A DNA stretch of 64,000 bases from contig CAVTTN010000002.1 in NCBI GenBank assembly GCA_963737655.1, forward strand, positions 4,032,001 through 4,096,000. Reading direction: 5' to 3'. Below the pieces are notes generated by a model. That model was not told the origin of the DNA, made no database searches, and was given only the letters and a program-made list of their open reading frames with translations. Made by a program: the position numbers and the translations under genes. Below are positions 52,518-62,699 of the stretch, piece after piece; position 1 is the first letter of the stretch; every line of letters starts with the position of its first letter. Source of the stretch: an uncultured Planctomycetota bacterium (GTDB lineage: Bacteria > Planctomycetota > Planctomycetia > Isosphaerales > Isosphaeraceae).

Positions 52518-53801
52518 GGGCCTGGGATGAAATAAGCTTTACAACCGACCGTGGCCCTCGATAATCGGGTCATGGACACCGATCAGGAATTGGAACGCAA
52601 GTTTGTCACACTCTTCCCCTGCCTCGACGAGAGGCAGCGTCGCCTCTTCGCTGCCGCAGAGGCCCGAGCCTTCGGCTACGGCGGGATCAGCCGCGTTAGC
52701 CGGGCCTGCGGCCTCTCTCGCGTCACGATCCAGGGGGCGTTGGAGGAACTGGATTGCCCGAGTCCGCACCCCGGCCGAGTTCGCCGTCCCGGTGGCGGCC
52801 GCAAGAAGCTCCGCGACTCCTCGCCACAACTGCTCAAGGCCTTGGAGGAGTTGATCGCCCCCGAGACCCGCGGCGATCCGATGTCCCCATTGCGATGGAC
52901 CTGCAAGAGCACCCGCCAGTTGTCCGAGGCCCTGCAGAAGCGGGGTCTGACCGCGAGCTATCACGTCGTCGGGCAGATGCTCCATCATTTGGGCTATCGC
53001 CTGCAAGCCCCCGCCAAGACTCTCGAAGGCAAGCGGCATCCCGACCGCGACGCCCAGTTCCGCGACATCAACGCGACCAGCGGAAGCTATATCGCCGCCG
53101 GGCAACCGGTCATCTCGGTGGATACGAAGAAGAAGGAGTTGGTCGGCCAGTACGCCAACGGGGGCCGAGGGTGGCAGCCGGCCGGCGAGCCGGAGCGGGT
53201 CCACGTCCACGACTTCCCGGACCCGGGCGTCGGCAAGGCCATCCCCTACGGCGTGTACGACGTGGGCTGGGATCTCGGCTGGGTCAATGTCGGATGCGAT
53301 CACGACACGGCGGCCTTCGCCGTCGAGAGCATCCGCCAGTGGTGGCGATCGATGGGCGAGCAGTCGTACCCGGAGGCCGGCCGCCTGCTGATCTGTGCCG
53401 ACGGCGGGGGGAGCAACGGCTATCGGCTGCGGTTGTGGAAGGTGGAACTCCAGCGTTGGGCCGATGAGACGGGCTTGGAGGTGACGGTCTGCCACCTGCC
53501 GCCGGGGACCAGCAAGTGGAACAAGATCGAGCACCGCCTCTTCTCGCATATCACGATGAACTGGCGTGGACGGCCGTTGGTAAGCCATCGAGTGGTCGTG
53601 GAACTGATCGCGGCGACCAAGACGGCGACCGGCTTGGAGGTCGAGGCTCGGCTCGATTCGGGGAGCTATCCGACCAAGGTGAAGGTCTCGAAGGAGCAGA
53701 TGGAGCAAGTCCGATTGAAGCCTCATGAGTTTCACGGCGAGTGGAACTACACCATCGAGCCGGGGGACTCTGAGTTGTAAACTTTATTTCGTCCCAGGCC
53801 C
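52518..53801 (+). mobile_element. ISAzo13 family insertion sequence, apparently intact
   Basis: 28-bp terminal inverted repeats (52518-52545 and 53774-53801, 3 mismatches) and a TAA target duplication on both sides. Confidence 0.93.
52572..53780 (+). CDS. ISAzo13 family transposase
   Basis: Motifs RGDPMSPLRWTCKSTRQL, HPDRDAQF, SVDTKKKELVG, ADGGGSNG, PPGTSKWNKIEHRLFS and FHGEWNYTI. Confidence 0.95.
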   Translation: MDTDQELERKFVTLFPCLDERQRRLFAAAEARAFGYGGISRVSRACGLSRVTIQGALEELDCPSPHPGRVRRPGGGRKKLRDSSPQLLKALEELIAPETRGDPMSPLRWTCKSTRQLSEALQKRGLTASYHVVGQMLHHLGYRLQAPAKTLEGKRHPDRDAQFRDINATSGSYIAAGQPVISVDTKKKELVGQYANGGRGWQPAGEPERVHVHDFPDPGVGKAIPYGVYDVGWDLGWVNVGCDHDTAAFAVESIRQWWRSMGEQSYPEAGRLLICADGGGSNGYRLRLWKVELQRWADETGLEVTVCHLPPGTSKWNKIEHRLFSHITMNWRGRPLVSHRVVVELIAATKTATGLEVEARLDSGSYPTKVKVSKEQMEQVRLKPHEFHGEWNYTIEPGDSEL

Positions 53802-54088
53802 TAACAATAAGACAAACAGCGGAGTGATCCATCCGCCGGGGGCAGGGAACCAAGTCTTACACTTTTCGCCGGAAATACCTGGATTGATAGCTTTGAAACC
53901 GGCTCGTCCTCACAACCGCTTGGGCGGTGTCCGAGCAATCCAACACCGGAATCTCCGGTGTTGGCTTTCGATGAGAGCCGAGGATCGGGAGTGTCGTCGT
54001 TCGGGACGATGATCCGTGACAACTTTTGTAACCTCGGAGACGGTCCGGGTGGGCGTCCCTTCCCACCCGATCGGCCGTTGGTCTGGCC

Positions 54089-54336
54089 CTATTTGTGGGG
54101 CTGGAAGCCGTAGTAGATCCTCGGCGAGTGGGTGAAGCAGAGCGAGCCCTTCACCCGGTCGCTCTTCCTCACGGCGACGACGAGGGGCGCGGCGAACCCG
54201 ATCACCTCGAAGTCCTCCTGAAGCTCGTCCGTCGTCCAGACCTGGCCTGCTTCGCCTCCAGGTACTCACGGCTGCCGGGCTGGGCGTTGACCTCGACGAG
54301 CATCTGGCGACGGGCGTCCTCGGTTGCGTTGGGCAT
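54089..54336 (-). CDS. Small hypothetical protein (frameshift near 54250)
   Basis: GGAGG RBS; MPNATEDARRQMLVEVN..LEAK joins GQVWTTDELQEDFEVIGFAAPLVV..KGSLCFTHSPRIYYGF if one base is restored. Confidence 0.65.
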
Positions 54337-54423
54337 GACGATCCTCCGTTGTTCTGGGGCTGTGATCTCAACGTCGAATTGGGCGGTGTCCCGTGATTGG
54401 CTCCACGGGACACCGGGAGGGGC

Positions 54424-54732
54424 TCAGTATTCAGCCGGGGTGAGGATGCAGGTCGAGGCCCGGCGACCGTCATCCCCCACGGCCTCGGTGATCACCCAGA
54501 GCTTGACGCCCCGAGTCGTCTTGTAGGCCGACAGGAGCCTGCTCCCGTCGATCAGGGCCTCGTCGTTGAGCGACTTGTCCTCGGAATCCAGGTCGCCCCA
54601 ATCCCCCTCCAGGTGGCGATCCAGGAAGTCGGAAGGCTGCTGACCGCTGGCCTCCATCGCCTCGATCGCTCCGGGTGTGGCCACGACCTGGCCGGGGAGG
54701 AACTTGGGGCGGGAAGTCTCGATCGCACTCAT
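54424..54732 (-). CDS. Conserved plasmid/ICE-associated small protein
   Basis: F.PGQVVATPGA..FLDRH..GDWGDL..ED...N..AL..GSRLLSAY..KLWVITEA..TCIL.P.EY, a family I recognise from mobile elements. Confidence 0.8.
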   Translation of the reverse strand: MSAIETSRPKFLPGQVVATPGAIEAMEASGQQPSDFLDRHLEGDWGDLDSEDKSLNDEALIDGSRLLSAYKTTRGVKLWVITEAVGDDGRRASTCILTPAEY

Positions 54733-54832
54733 CGATTCGCTCCGATACGGGACGAGGGTTTGGTCACAACCTGTTGGGCGGTGTTCTCCGAGCCGGTCGA
54801 TTGACCGGCTCGGACCCATGCCGTTGACGACC

Positions 54833-55267
54833 TCACCAGTCTTCCGGCTCGTCAGGCTCCGTCATGCCGTGCCAGGAATCGGCCTCGTCCTCGGCGTCGA
54901 TCTCCGACCAGTAGTCTGCCAGTTCGATGGCCTCGTTGCGGGCACGGGCGTCGTCGCATCCGATCAGCAACTCGCCCCGGAATAGCATGCCGTCGTCGCC
55001 CAGGGCGTAGCCGACGAGGAACCGGCCCCGAGGGAGCCGGATCATCAGGGCAACCGAGCCGTCGTGGTATCGCCGGACCACCTCCGACCGGCACAGGAGC
55101 TTGACCTTGCCGCCCCACGACAGCAGGGCCGTCCTGCCCTCGTGCCTGCCGGTGTAGGCCGTGATGTTATGCCCGTAGACCGATGCCCCGAAGGCGGTGA
55201 AGACCCGGCCCTGGTGGTCAATGACCCCGATCTCCCCCTGGCCCCGTCGCACACAAAAAGTCGTCAT
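54833..55267 (-). CDS. Hypothetical protein with acidic C-terminus
   Basis: GGGAGG RBS; one unit of the motif-delimited array. Confidence 0.7.
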   Translation of the reverse strand: MTTFCVRRGQGEIGVIDHQGRVFTAFGASVYGHNITAYTGRHEGRTALLSWGGKVKLLCRSEVVRRYHDGSVALMIRLPRGRFLVGYALGDDGMLFRGELLIGCDDARARNEAIELADYWSEIDAEDEADSWHGMTEPDEPEDW

Positions 55268-55339
55268 CGCTTGCCTCCCGTCGAGTGAGTTTGGTCGTCT
55301 CAACGGGTTCTTGGGCGGTGTTCACGGACCGGGGTCCAT

Positions 55340-56295
55340 TCATTCGGCGGACTTATAACGAGCCAGGACACGGAAGAAGCTCGCCCGGCTCTTCTTCGTG
55401 AGCCTCCTCCAATAGTTCTGCTGATCACCCACCGAATCGGGATGGCGATCGAGGGCTTGCTGGAGGCAGCGGAGATCCTTGTCCCTGGAGTCGATCCGGC
55501 GGGACGTGTCCGGCTTCCTCCCGAGAGTTTGAAGTAGGCTCTGGACGAGCGGACGCCAGTCGAGGCCCTCGGATCGGGCATACTGGACCTTGCGAAATGA
55601 CGGCTCCAGCAGCCTCATCGAGATCAGGCGGTCGTCGCCGTTCACCTGGATGTAGTCCACGACCTCCAGGCAGTCGTCGGGGCTCAGGGAGTGATATCCG
55701 CCCCGTGCGATCGACCTCATGAGTGCGAGGACTTCCTCCTGGCTGGCGTCCAACTCGAAGATGTCGCATCGGCTCAACACGGCGTTGAAGGCCGCATTCT
55801 TGCGGGGATCACATTGGCGGCGAAGATGATCCGGCTCTCGAACACGAAGGATGGCGGGAGGTCATCCAACCGGCTCGAACCGTAGCAGACGACCCGAGGG
55901 TCGCCCCAGAGGGCCGAGCGCAGGAGGCCGACGTGGGCCATCGAGCCGAACATGGAATCCACATCATCGAAGAACACGACCTCTTCCCGGCGATGGCGAT
56001 ATAGTGCCGCATAGAGGGCGAGGGGCGTGACGTGGCTGTTCACGAGGATCGGCGAAATCTCCCCCTCGGCGAGCGTCTTGAGGATCGTCCTCGACTTGCC
56101 CAGCCCCCCCTGCGACCCGTAGCAGAAGACGGCCGTAATGAGCCCTCGGGCCACGAGCCGGACATGGTGGCCGAGGAGGGCCTGCCGCTCCTCCAGGGCC
56201 GTCCTGGGCGGCTCGTCCGCCATCCCCGGCAGGACCAGGGACAGGTCGCCGGTTCGACGCTCCAGGTTCTCGCCAGTCGTGTTCGCCGATCGCAT
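55340..56295 (-). CDS. P-loop (AAA+-like) ATPase with C-terminal HTH-like tail, frameshift near 55805
   Basis: YGSQGGLGKS, VFFDDVD and RIIFAAN; restoring one C in a CCCC run gives PRKNAAFNAVLSRC and joins ORF 55340-55780. Confidence 0.72.
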
Positions 56296-56397
56296 CTGCG
56301 ACCCCCGTTTACAAATATTGGAAATCCCCGAGCCCTTGGGCGGTGTTCCCTGGACGGCCCCGGAACCGATTCGATTTCGGGGCCGTCCCTCACTGGT

Positions 56398-56979
56398 TCA
56401 GGCGACCGATTGGATAGCCGCCGCCTCGCCGGTCCTGCGATCGATGAGGCAGCACGACTCGCCAGGTTCGCTATCGAGGAACGCCCTGGCCTGGTCGAGA
56501 TGCGTGAACCCTCGGTAAAGGCGGCGAGTGGCCGTCTGGCCGTCGATCGTGGCCTCGCCCTTCCAGGAGACCTGATAGCAGGGGATACGAGCCTCGACCT
56601 TCCGCACCCACTCCCGGCAATCCCGCTCGAAGTCGCGGTCGTCCTCACGACCGGCCCCGTAAACGATATCGAGCCGGACCCGGCCGAGGACGTTGTAGGA
56701 CTCGGCAGCGACCTCCAGGGCGTAATCGGCGTGGTAGACGTAGAGGCTGGGGGCGCACTTGAGCCTGCGGCTGCGGAGGTACTGGCTCTGCTCGGTGCCG
56801 AACATGTGCCCGTCCCGCCACATCCTCTTCTTGAGCAGGTCGAAGCCCCGCCCGTTGAGGATCTCCCAGACGTTGTAGAGCAGGCGGGACTCGGCCCCGT
56901 ACCAGCCCGGAGCCGACCACGACTTCCTGCTCCGGTTGGGCCGGAACCTGGGGTCGCCCGGCTCCCGATAGACGATCAT
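56398..56979 (-). CDS. Hypothetical protein
   Basis: GGGAGG RBS; aromatic-rich, protein-like ORF in the array. Confidence 0.7.
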   Translation of the reverse strand: MIVYREPGDPRFRPNRSRKSWSAPGWYGAESRLLYNVWEILNGRGFDLLKKRMWRDGHMFGTEQSQYLRSRRLKCAPSLYVYHADYALEVAAESYNVLGRVRLDIVYGAGREDDRDFERDCREWVRKVEARIPCYQVSWKGEATIDGQTATRRLYRGFTHLDQARAFLDSEPGESCCLIDRRTGEAAAIQSVA

Positions 56980-57105
56980 GACTTCCTCCCGAGGGGTGTT
57001 TCTCACATCCCCATGGGCGGTGTTTTCGAGATGCGGCCTATCGAGGGAGCAGGGCTGACCTGAAGGGAGAGGATGGAGCGGCGGACATGCCGCCCCATCC
57101 TCGTC

Positions 57106-57516
57106 TCACTCGTCTTCCGACTCCGTGAACTTCCGAGGATCGACCCCCTCGTCGGGAAGGCCGTCGCCGTGATATGTCATAGGGAACGGCAGGTCGGTCC
57201 GCTCCTGGCCGTGGATCATGAGGTGATCGAGGTCGATGACCCTTCCCGACCCGTCGTGGTGGCGATCGTCCTCGGGATAATCGCCGAGGTCGGAGTCGGG
57301 GACGTGGATCCGATGGCCGTAGGTCTTGTCGTCGCTGAGTTCGTCGATGGCGTCCGAAACCGTGCCGGCCTCGACGACCAGGAAGATCGGGGAATAGCTC
57401 CCGCCGAGTTCGATCAGCCACGCCTTGCCGAACCACCCACCGGGATACAACACGGGGATGTCGGTCAGGTCATGATCGTGCATGCGGAACCGGGCTGTGA
57501 TTGTCTTCTCGCTCAT
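57106..57516 (-). CDS. Acidic hypothetical protein
   Basis: Starts MSEKTIT just after a motif copy; Asp/Glu-rich. Confidence 0.72.
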   Translation of the reverse strand: MSEKTITARFRMHDHDLTDIPVLYPGGWFGKAWLIELGGSYSPIFLVVEAGTVSDAIDELSDDKTYGHRIHVPDSDLGDYPEDDRHHDGSGRVIDLDHLMIHGQERTDLPFPMTYHGDGLPDEGVDPRKFTESEDE

Positions 57517-57710
57517 GACATCGCTCCCTGGGGTGTCTCGATCACCCCCCCCTGGGCGGTGTCCGGCGAAATCGGGGACTTGCACCGGGCGAAGTAGGTT
57601 CCCATGCCGGGGACGAGGCAAACGTCGTGGTCCTCGGCATCGCCGCCGCACTCGGAGCAGGTCTCGAACTCGAACAGGTTTTCCAGCCACTCCTCGGGCG
57701 TCTCGCTCAT
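57513..57710 (-). CDS. Small Cys-rich (CxxC) hypothetical protein
   Basis: MSETPEEWLENLFEFETCSECGGDAEDH..C; its 3' end reads through a motif copy (DTAQGG). Confidence 0.65.
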   Translation of the reverse strand: MSETPEEWLENLFEFETCSECGGDAEDHDVCLVPGMGTYFARCKSPISPDTAQGGVIETPQGAMS

Positions 57711-57764
57711 TTTCGCCACTCCGAAGGGGGTGTTGTTCACACCCCCTTGGGCGGTGTGCGGCCC

Positions 57765-58487
57765 TCATCCGGCGATGGGCAGGAGTTGCTGGATCGAGTC
57801 GTAGCGAGGGATATCGGAGCAGGCGTTCTCGACGAACTGGAAGGCCGCATGATTCTCGACCTCGGAGGACGCCTGCTCCGGCGTCCAGTCGTGGCCCAGC
57901 ATCACGACGAGGGCGTACAGCTTGCGGAGGGTCGGATAGCCCATCGTGGGGTAGGTCCGATCCCAATCGAGCCAGGCATCCGTGCCGTCCCTGTAGGGAT
58001 TGCCCCGGAAGACCTCATGCCAGTAGTCCCGCCTCTCGTCCTTCGAGAAGTCGAACCCCTCGAACTTGAGGATGCCGAGGTAGCCGCCCTAGCGGCCCAT
58101 CCAGGTGTATGCGACCTCCACCTTGGTGCCGTCATACAGGTGGTCGTAGCAGTCCGAATCGGTGACGAGGTGGCAGGCGTCCTCCACACCCCACTCGAAC
58201 AGCTTGTCCCGGACCGCTTCGTACTTGGCCTCGTCCTTCCCCAGCCACTCGGGGTTGTCGAGCCAGGTCTCGCCGTCGCCGTAATAGCCGCCGCTGCGGT
58301 ACACCTCGACGAGATGCTCGAAGTCCAGATCGACGCCGTAGCACTTGACGTTGAAGGCGAAGTAGCTCCGGCCGTTGTGCCCGTAGGCCGAGTCATACCC
58401 GCCGACCGAGGCGAGGTAGGCGGCGATGTCGTTTCGTGACCGGAGCGGCGTCCGGTAGTGGGCGGGTTTCTTCGGTCGGTGATGCAT
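57765..58487 (-). pseudogene. Hypothetical protein with in-frame TAG at 58089-58091
   Basis: ..YTWMGR*GGYLGILKFEGFDF.. continues open in the same frame to the TGA at 57765. Confidence 0.7.
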
Positions 58488-58554
58488 GCTGGGGCTCCGA
58501 AGGGGGTGTTCTTCGCACCCCCTTGGGCGGTGTCCGGCCCTCGGCCCTGCGGGG

Positions 58555-59463
58555 TCAGCCCGTCAACCGCTGCTCGGCGGGCTCGGCGAAGGCCCGGTCC
58601 CAATACCTGTCCAGGTTCTCATCCGACCTCTTGCCCGCCAGGTAGTCGAGCAGGTAGGAGGCGAGCTTGTGGCCGGGGTCGGCGGGTCCGGGCTTGCCCT
58701 CCAGGAAGGCCCTCAGTTGCTTGAGGTTGCGGGGGACAGGCCCTCCCGTCCCCGTCGCCTCGTGGACCTCCTGACGCTTCTCCTTGACCTTGGCGGCGGT
58801 GATCTTGCCGCCCCCCTCGGCGACGGAATTGAACACGCCGATCCGCTTCTCAGGCGGGAGCTTGACCAGTTCCAGGGCGGCGGCGACCGGCGTCTTCCCG
58901 TGGGCCACGCTCTCCTGGATCACGGCGGGGAGCATCACGAGGTTGAGCAGATTGGCGATCCACGCCTCCGACCGTCTGAGGCGTCCCGCCACCTGCTTCA
59001 GCGTCAGGCCGTAGTCTTCGGTCAGCGAGCGGACGGCGTGGGCCAACTGGATCGGCCTGGGATCTTCCCGCTGGATGTTCTCGCTGAGATTGACGAGTGC
59101 CGCCTCGGCGTCACTGAGGCGGCTGACGACATATTTGACCTTGAAATCGGGGCACGTCCCCGACTCGATCAGCCAGAGTGCGGCCCGCATGCGGCGGAAA
59201 CCACCCACAACTTCCAGGCGGCGGTCGGGCATGGGTCGGGTGAGGATCGGGTTCAACTGCCCCGAAGTGCCCTCCTCGGCGTCCCCCTGGCCCTTCTTGG
59301 GCATCATGTCCCTGGCGAGTTCCATCAGGGCCTCATCGACGGGCGGTTCTTCACCGTTGCGGGAGAGGTTCTTGCGCCAGTCCACGATCAGGGCGGTCGG
59401 ATCGACCATGAAAACGTCGCTGCGGCTGACCTTGTGGTCGCCCGTCTCTGCGGTGAAGGCCAT
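58555..59463 (-). CDS. ParB/Srx family protein with HTH
   Basis: GQLNPIL, VVGGFRRMRA, NLSENIQRED, YGLTLKQVAGRLRRSEAWIANLLNL..LP. Confidence 0.88.
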   Translation of the reverse strand: MAFTAETGDHKVSRSDVFMVDPTALIVDWRKNLSRNGEEPPVDEALMELARDMMPKKGQGDAEEGTSGQLNPILTRPMPDRRLEVVGGFRRMRAALWLIESGTCPDFKVKYVVSRLSDAEAALVNLSENIQREDPRPIQLAHAVRSLTEDYGLTLKQVAGRLRRSEAWIANLLNLVMLPAVIQESVAHGKTPVAAALELVKLPPEKRIGVFNSVAEGGGKITAAKVKEKRQEVHEATGTGGPVPRNLKQLRAFLEGKPGPADPGHKLASYLLDYLAGKRSDENLDRYWDRAFAEPAEQRLTG

Positions 59464-59526
59464 CGTCGTCTCCTCTGAGTAAAGTTGTCGGGGGTGTTGT
59501 TCACACCCCCTTGGGCGGTGTCTCGC

Positions 59527-60222
59527 TCAATCCAGCGGTTCGCATTCGTCGGCATCGACGAGGACGGCCCGACCCGAGTAGGACCACGGACCGATCGCCT
59601 CCGACTCGTCGATGGCGACGATGACGGCCTCCTCGGCGTTGCTTTCCTCTCCGGACGGGCAGCACCGGATGACCTTGCCGGTGCCCTTGAGCCGGTCACC
59701 GCTCGGCATCCTCGCCTCGACTCGCACGGGGCCGCCGGGCCGGAAGGCGTCATCGTCGTCGGGATCGTCGTCCGGTTTGCGGGCCTCGGACTCGACCACC
59801 TCGTAAGCCAGTTGGGCGAACTCGGTGAATTCGGAATGGAAGGGCGAAGATTCGATGTCGATACCGAGCTTGGCCTCGGCGATCTCAATGTTCTCGTCGT
59901 AGTCGTCGGCGAGTCCGACCCCGTGGCCCCGGCATCCCATCAGGATGGAGTAGAGGGCGTCGGCCCACTCGTCCTCATCGATCTCCATCAGGGTGAACAT
60001 CTCGCCGACGCTTCGGCCCCAGGCTCGGGCCAGGTCGGCGACGTAGGGCCGGATCAATTCGAGGAGCTTGTCCGAATCCTGGTCCGGGCACACATCCGTG
60101 ATTTCGGTCCCGGCTGCGAAGGAGAAGCCCGCCTCCTCCCGTGCCGACGCCCACTCGGAAGCAAAGAAGCTCTGTGCGGCCTCGGCCAGCACGTCGTCGG
60201 ACAGTTCGATCGTCTCGCTCAT
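59527..60222 (-). CDS. Highly acidic hypothetical protein
   Basis: GGAGG RBS; very Asp/Glu-rich; GHGVG motif. Confidence 0.75.
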   Translation of the reverse strand: MSETIELSDDVLAEAAQSFFASEWASAREEAGFSFAAGTEITDVCPDQDSDKLLELIRPYVADLARAWGRSVGEMFTLMEIDEDEWADALYSILMGCRGHGVGLADDYDENIEIAEAKLGIDIESSPFHSEFTEFAQLAYEVVESEARKPDDDPDDDDAFRPGGPVRVEARMPSGDRLKGTGKVIRCCPSGEESNAEEAVIVAIDESEAIGPWSYSGRAVLVDADECEPLD

Positions 60223-60273
60223 GGTCACCTCCAGGGGGATGTTGTTCGCATCCCCCTGGGCGGTGTCCCCGGA

Positions 60274-60879
60274 TCACTCCTCGATCGGCGTGAATCCGAG
60301 ACCGACGAAGGCGTCCCGCATGTCGCTTTCTTCCGGGTATCCTTCCCGATCGTCCCGGTTCTCGACGGCCCGCTGGTTGTGTTCCCAGAACCACGAGAAG
60401 ACGGCGGATTCCCAGCCTTCGGGAAGTTCGTACTCTCGCTTCAATCGCCATGCAGCCTCGCCAATGTTCTCGATCGTGGCGTCATGCTCCTTCCGGGAAG
60501 ACGCCTCTTCGTCGAGGATCGGGTCGTCGGCCATTCGTTCGGCGAGTCCGTGGTAGGTCTTGAACGCTTCGGTGATCTCGCCGTCCCTGAAGACCCGGAT
60601 TGGGACGCCATCGACATGGCCGACCGCCCAATGCCCGTGACTCTCGAAAACCACGTCGGGGTCGTCGTCCTCGCTGAAGGAACTCATAACTCCGGCGATG
60701 GTCTCGGCGTTGCTCGTGTCGAGGAGGTCGCTGTCCCGGTAATGCGTGTAGAGGACGGCCCACGAGTCGGGGTCGTCGATATCTCTGGCTCGTTCCCAAT
60801 AGAAGCAATCGAACCCCCGCCAGTTCCCCGCCGCTCCCTTTGCGGCGTCCTCGACCGTCATCTCGCCAACCATGTACAT
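60274..60879 (-). CDS. Acidic hypothetical protein
   Basis: GAGG RBS; RDSDLLD.SN..GHWAVG..PILDEE. Confidence 0.75.
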   Translation of the reverse strand: MYMVGEMTVEDAAKGAAGNWRGFDCFYWERARDIDDPDSWAVLYTHYRDSDLLDTSNAETIAGVMSSFSEDDDPDVVFESHGHWAVGHVDGVPIRVFRDGEITEAFKTYHGLAERMADDPILDEEASSRKEHDATIENIGEAAWRLKREYELPEGWESAVFSWFWEHNQRAVENRDDREGYPEESDMRDAFVGLGFTPIEE

Positions 60880-61008
60880 GGTCACCTCGCGTTGGGTCGT
60901 GTTTTCACATCCCCTTGGGCGGTGTCCGTTGGTCGGACGGTGGACGCCGGTTGAATTGCCTGCTATGGTCGCCGCTTCGCCACTCCCCGCCCCCTGCGGA
61001 GCCCGACG

Positions 61009-61662
61009 ATGGAGATGATGGCCGAGCGGCTCGACCGCCTCGAACGAAGCTGCCGCCGCTGGAGGTGGGCGGGGATTGTCTTCGCCCTCCTGGTCGGCAC
61101 CCCGATCGCACTACTCTTCGTCGCCTTGCTGATGAGCGACGGGATCAACGAGACGAAGGGCCTCATCGTCCGGGACAAGGACGGGATGGCTCGCATCGAT
61201 TTCGGGACGTATCCGAGCGGCTCGCCCAGGATGGGACTCCGGGGCCGGGACGGGAAAGTCCGTCTTGAGTTGAGCCTGAACGATGCGGATTCCCCGACGA
61301 TCAGGCTCAACGACAAGGACGGGAAGGGTCGCCTCTCGATGAACATCGATGATGACGGGCCGACCGTGAGGTTGAACGACAAGGCCGAGGTTTCCCGGCT
61401 ATTGCTGTCCGTCGCCGAGGACGACTCGCCCGTCATCGGCCTGAAGGGCGGGAACGGAGACTTCCATCTCTGGATGCGTGCCGACCCCGATGGCACGTCG
61501 AGGATCGATATCCTGGACAAGAACGGGAAGCATCGCCTGGCGATCGCACAAGGCAAGGACGGCGAACCGGCGATCGGGCTGATGGACATGGACGAGAAGC
61601 TCCGGTTCGGGATCAGTCTCGACAAGGACGGCAAGCCGGTAATCACACCGTCACGGCCCTGA
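61009..61662 (+). CDS. Membrane-anchored beta-repeat protein
   Basis: RLDRLER followed by a TM helix, then about six ~22-aa repeats of the form L.DKDGK.R..L....DG.P. Confidence 0.75.
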   Translation: MEMMAERLDRLERSCRRWRWAGIVFALLVGTPIALLFVALLMSDGINETKGLIVRDKDGMARIDFGTYPSGSPRMGLRGRDGKVRLELSLNDADSPTIRLNDKDGKGRLSMNIDDDGPTVRLNDKAEVSRLLLSVAEDDSPVIGLKGGNGDFHLWMRADPDGTSRIDILDKNGKHRLAIAQGKDGEPAIGLMDMDEKLRFGISLDKDGKPVITPSRP

Positions 61663-61753
61663 GATCCATGTCCTCGATAACCTGGGCGGTGTCCGTTGGT
61701 CATCTCGACGGAAGGCCGGGGCGGCATCGATGCCGCCCCGGCCTCGCTATCGA

Positions 61754-62699
61754 TCATCGGGCCAGTGCGGGCTCCGCCCCCTCCTCCGCTTCGGTCACTG
61801 CGGTTCGGCTGAAGGACAGGAGGTAGTCGGCAGCCTTCGACGCTTGCGACGAGGCGGTGAAGATGAATCTCGGGTCGTCCTTCAACGCCCGGAGCCAATT
61901 TGCCAAGTAAGAAACGTGGTTGCCCAAATTCTCCGAGGCCGGGACGCCCAAATCTCGCCAGGTAGCAGGCCCCGACTTCGGCGACGAGTTCCCCCATCGC
62001 ATACGTGTGGCCCGCTTCCTTGCGGGACCAGTTCAACCGAGCGGGATGCTCCGTGGCGTGGATCAACTCGTGGAAGATCGTCTCGCAATACTCGTCGGCT
62101 TCGGTGAACGTGGCCTTCGGGGGAACCTGGATGTGGTCGTGGAGCGGGCTGTAGTATGCCCGACCACCTCCATACCGGATGCTGATCCCCGTGGCGGCGA
62201 TGGCCTCCTCGGCGGGTTCGTAGTCGATGACGGGAGGGTCGTTGACCGCCCCGCACCGACCGGCCCGGAGGTGATCGAGGTGACTTCCCTCGACCTGATC
62301 GACGTTGAACACGGTATACGCCTTCATGACGAAGAACCGATCCGCCTTATCCTCGCCGGTGTCGCTCTTGGTCACCTTCGTGATCGGGCTCCAGAAGACG
62401 ACCTGGCAGCCCCACTGGCCCTCGGGCACACCCTCGGGCCGTCGCATGACCTTGCCTCCGAGGCCCTTCCACTGATTGAACGTGGCCCACCACCTCGACG
62501 AGAGGTTATGTCGTGCCGACGACATCTCCAACAGGATCGGATTGATGCCCCTGTAGGGCTTCCTGGAGACGATGTTGGCGGGGAACCCGGCGTCCTTGTC
62601 GGCCCGCCACGGGCGTCTCCAGGGCGGGATGTTGCCGGATTCCAGGGCGACGACGATCTGGTTGGTGATCGACTGTCGAAGTTGCTGCTGGCTTGCCAT
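61754..62699 (-). CDS. ardC: ArdC-like antirestriction protein (ssDNA-binding DUF1738 + zincin domain), frameshift near 61955
   Basis: ITNQIV..LE.G..PW.RPW, PYRGIN, WATFNQW..LGG.V, YTVFNVDQ, AYYSP..DHI..P, FHELIHAT, YA..ELVAE, then SYL..WL..LK.D.RFIF.A.SQA.KAADY in the second frame. Confidence 0.9.

Noticed and set aside
57748..57757. ACACCGCCC also occurs in the conserved 16S rRNA 3' region (GTACACACCGCCCGTCA)
   Set aside because: Only 9 nt, the same sense as the mRNA rather than complementary, and no flanking rRNA similarity; treated as coincidence.
31856..58091. In-frame TAGs (31856, 32984, 58089) at Gln-compatible positions, suggesting amber recoding in an element integrated at tRNA-Gln
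   Set aside because: CAG to TAG is a common transition, and one case is a deletion junction. Another array gene appears to end at TAG (54089), no suppressor tRNA is visible, and the 2006-aa gene has no internal TAG.
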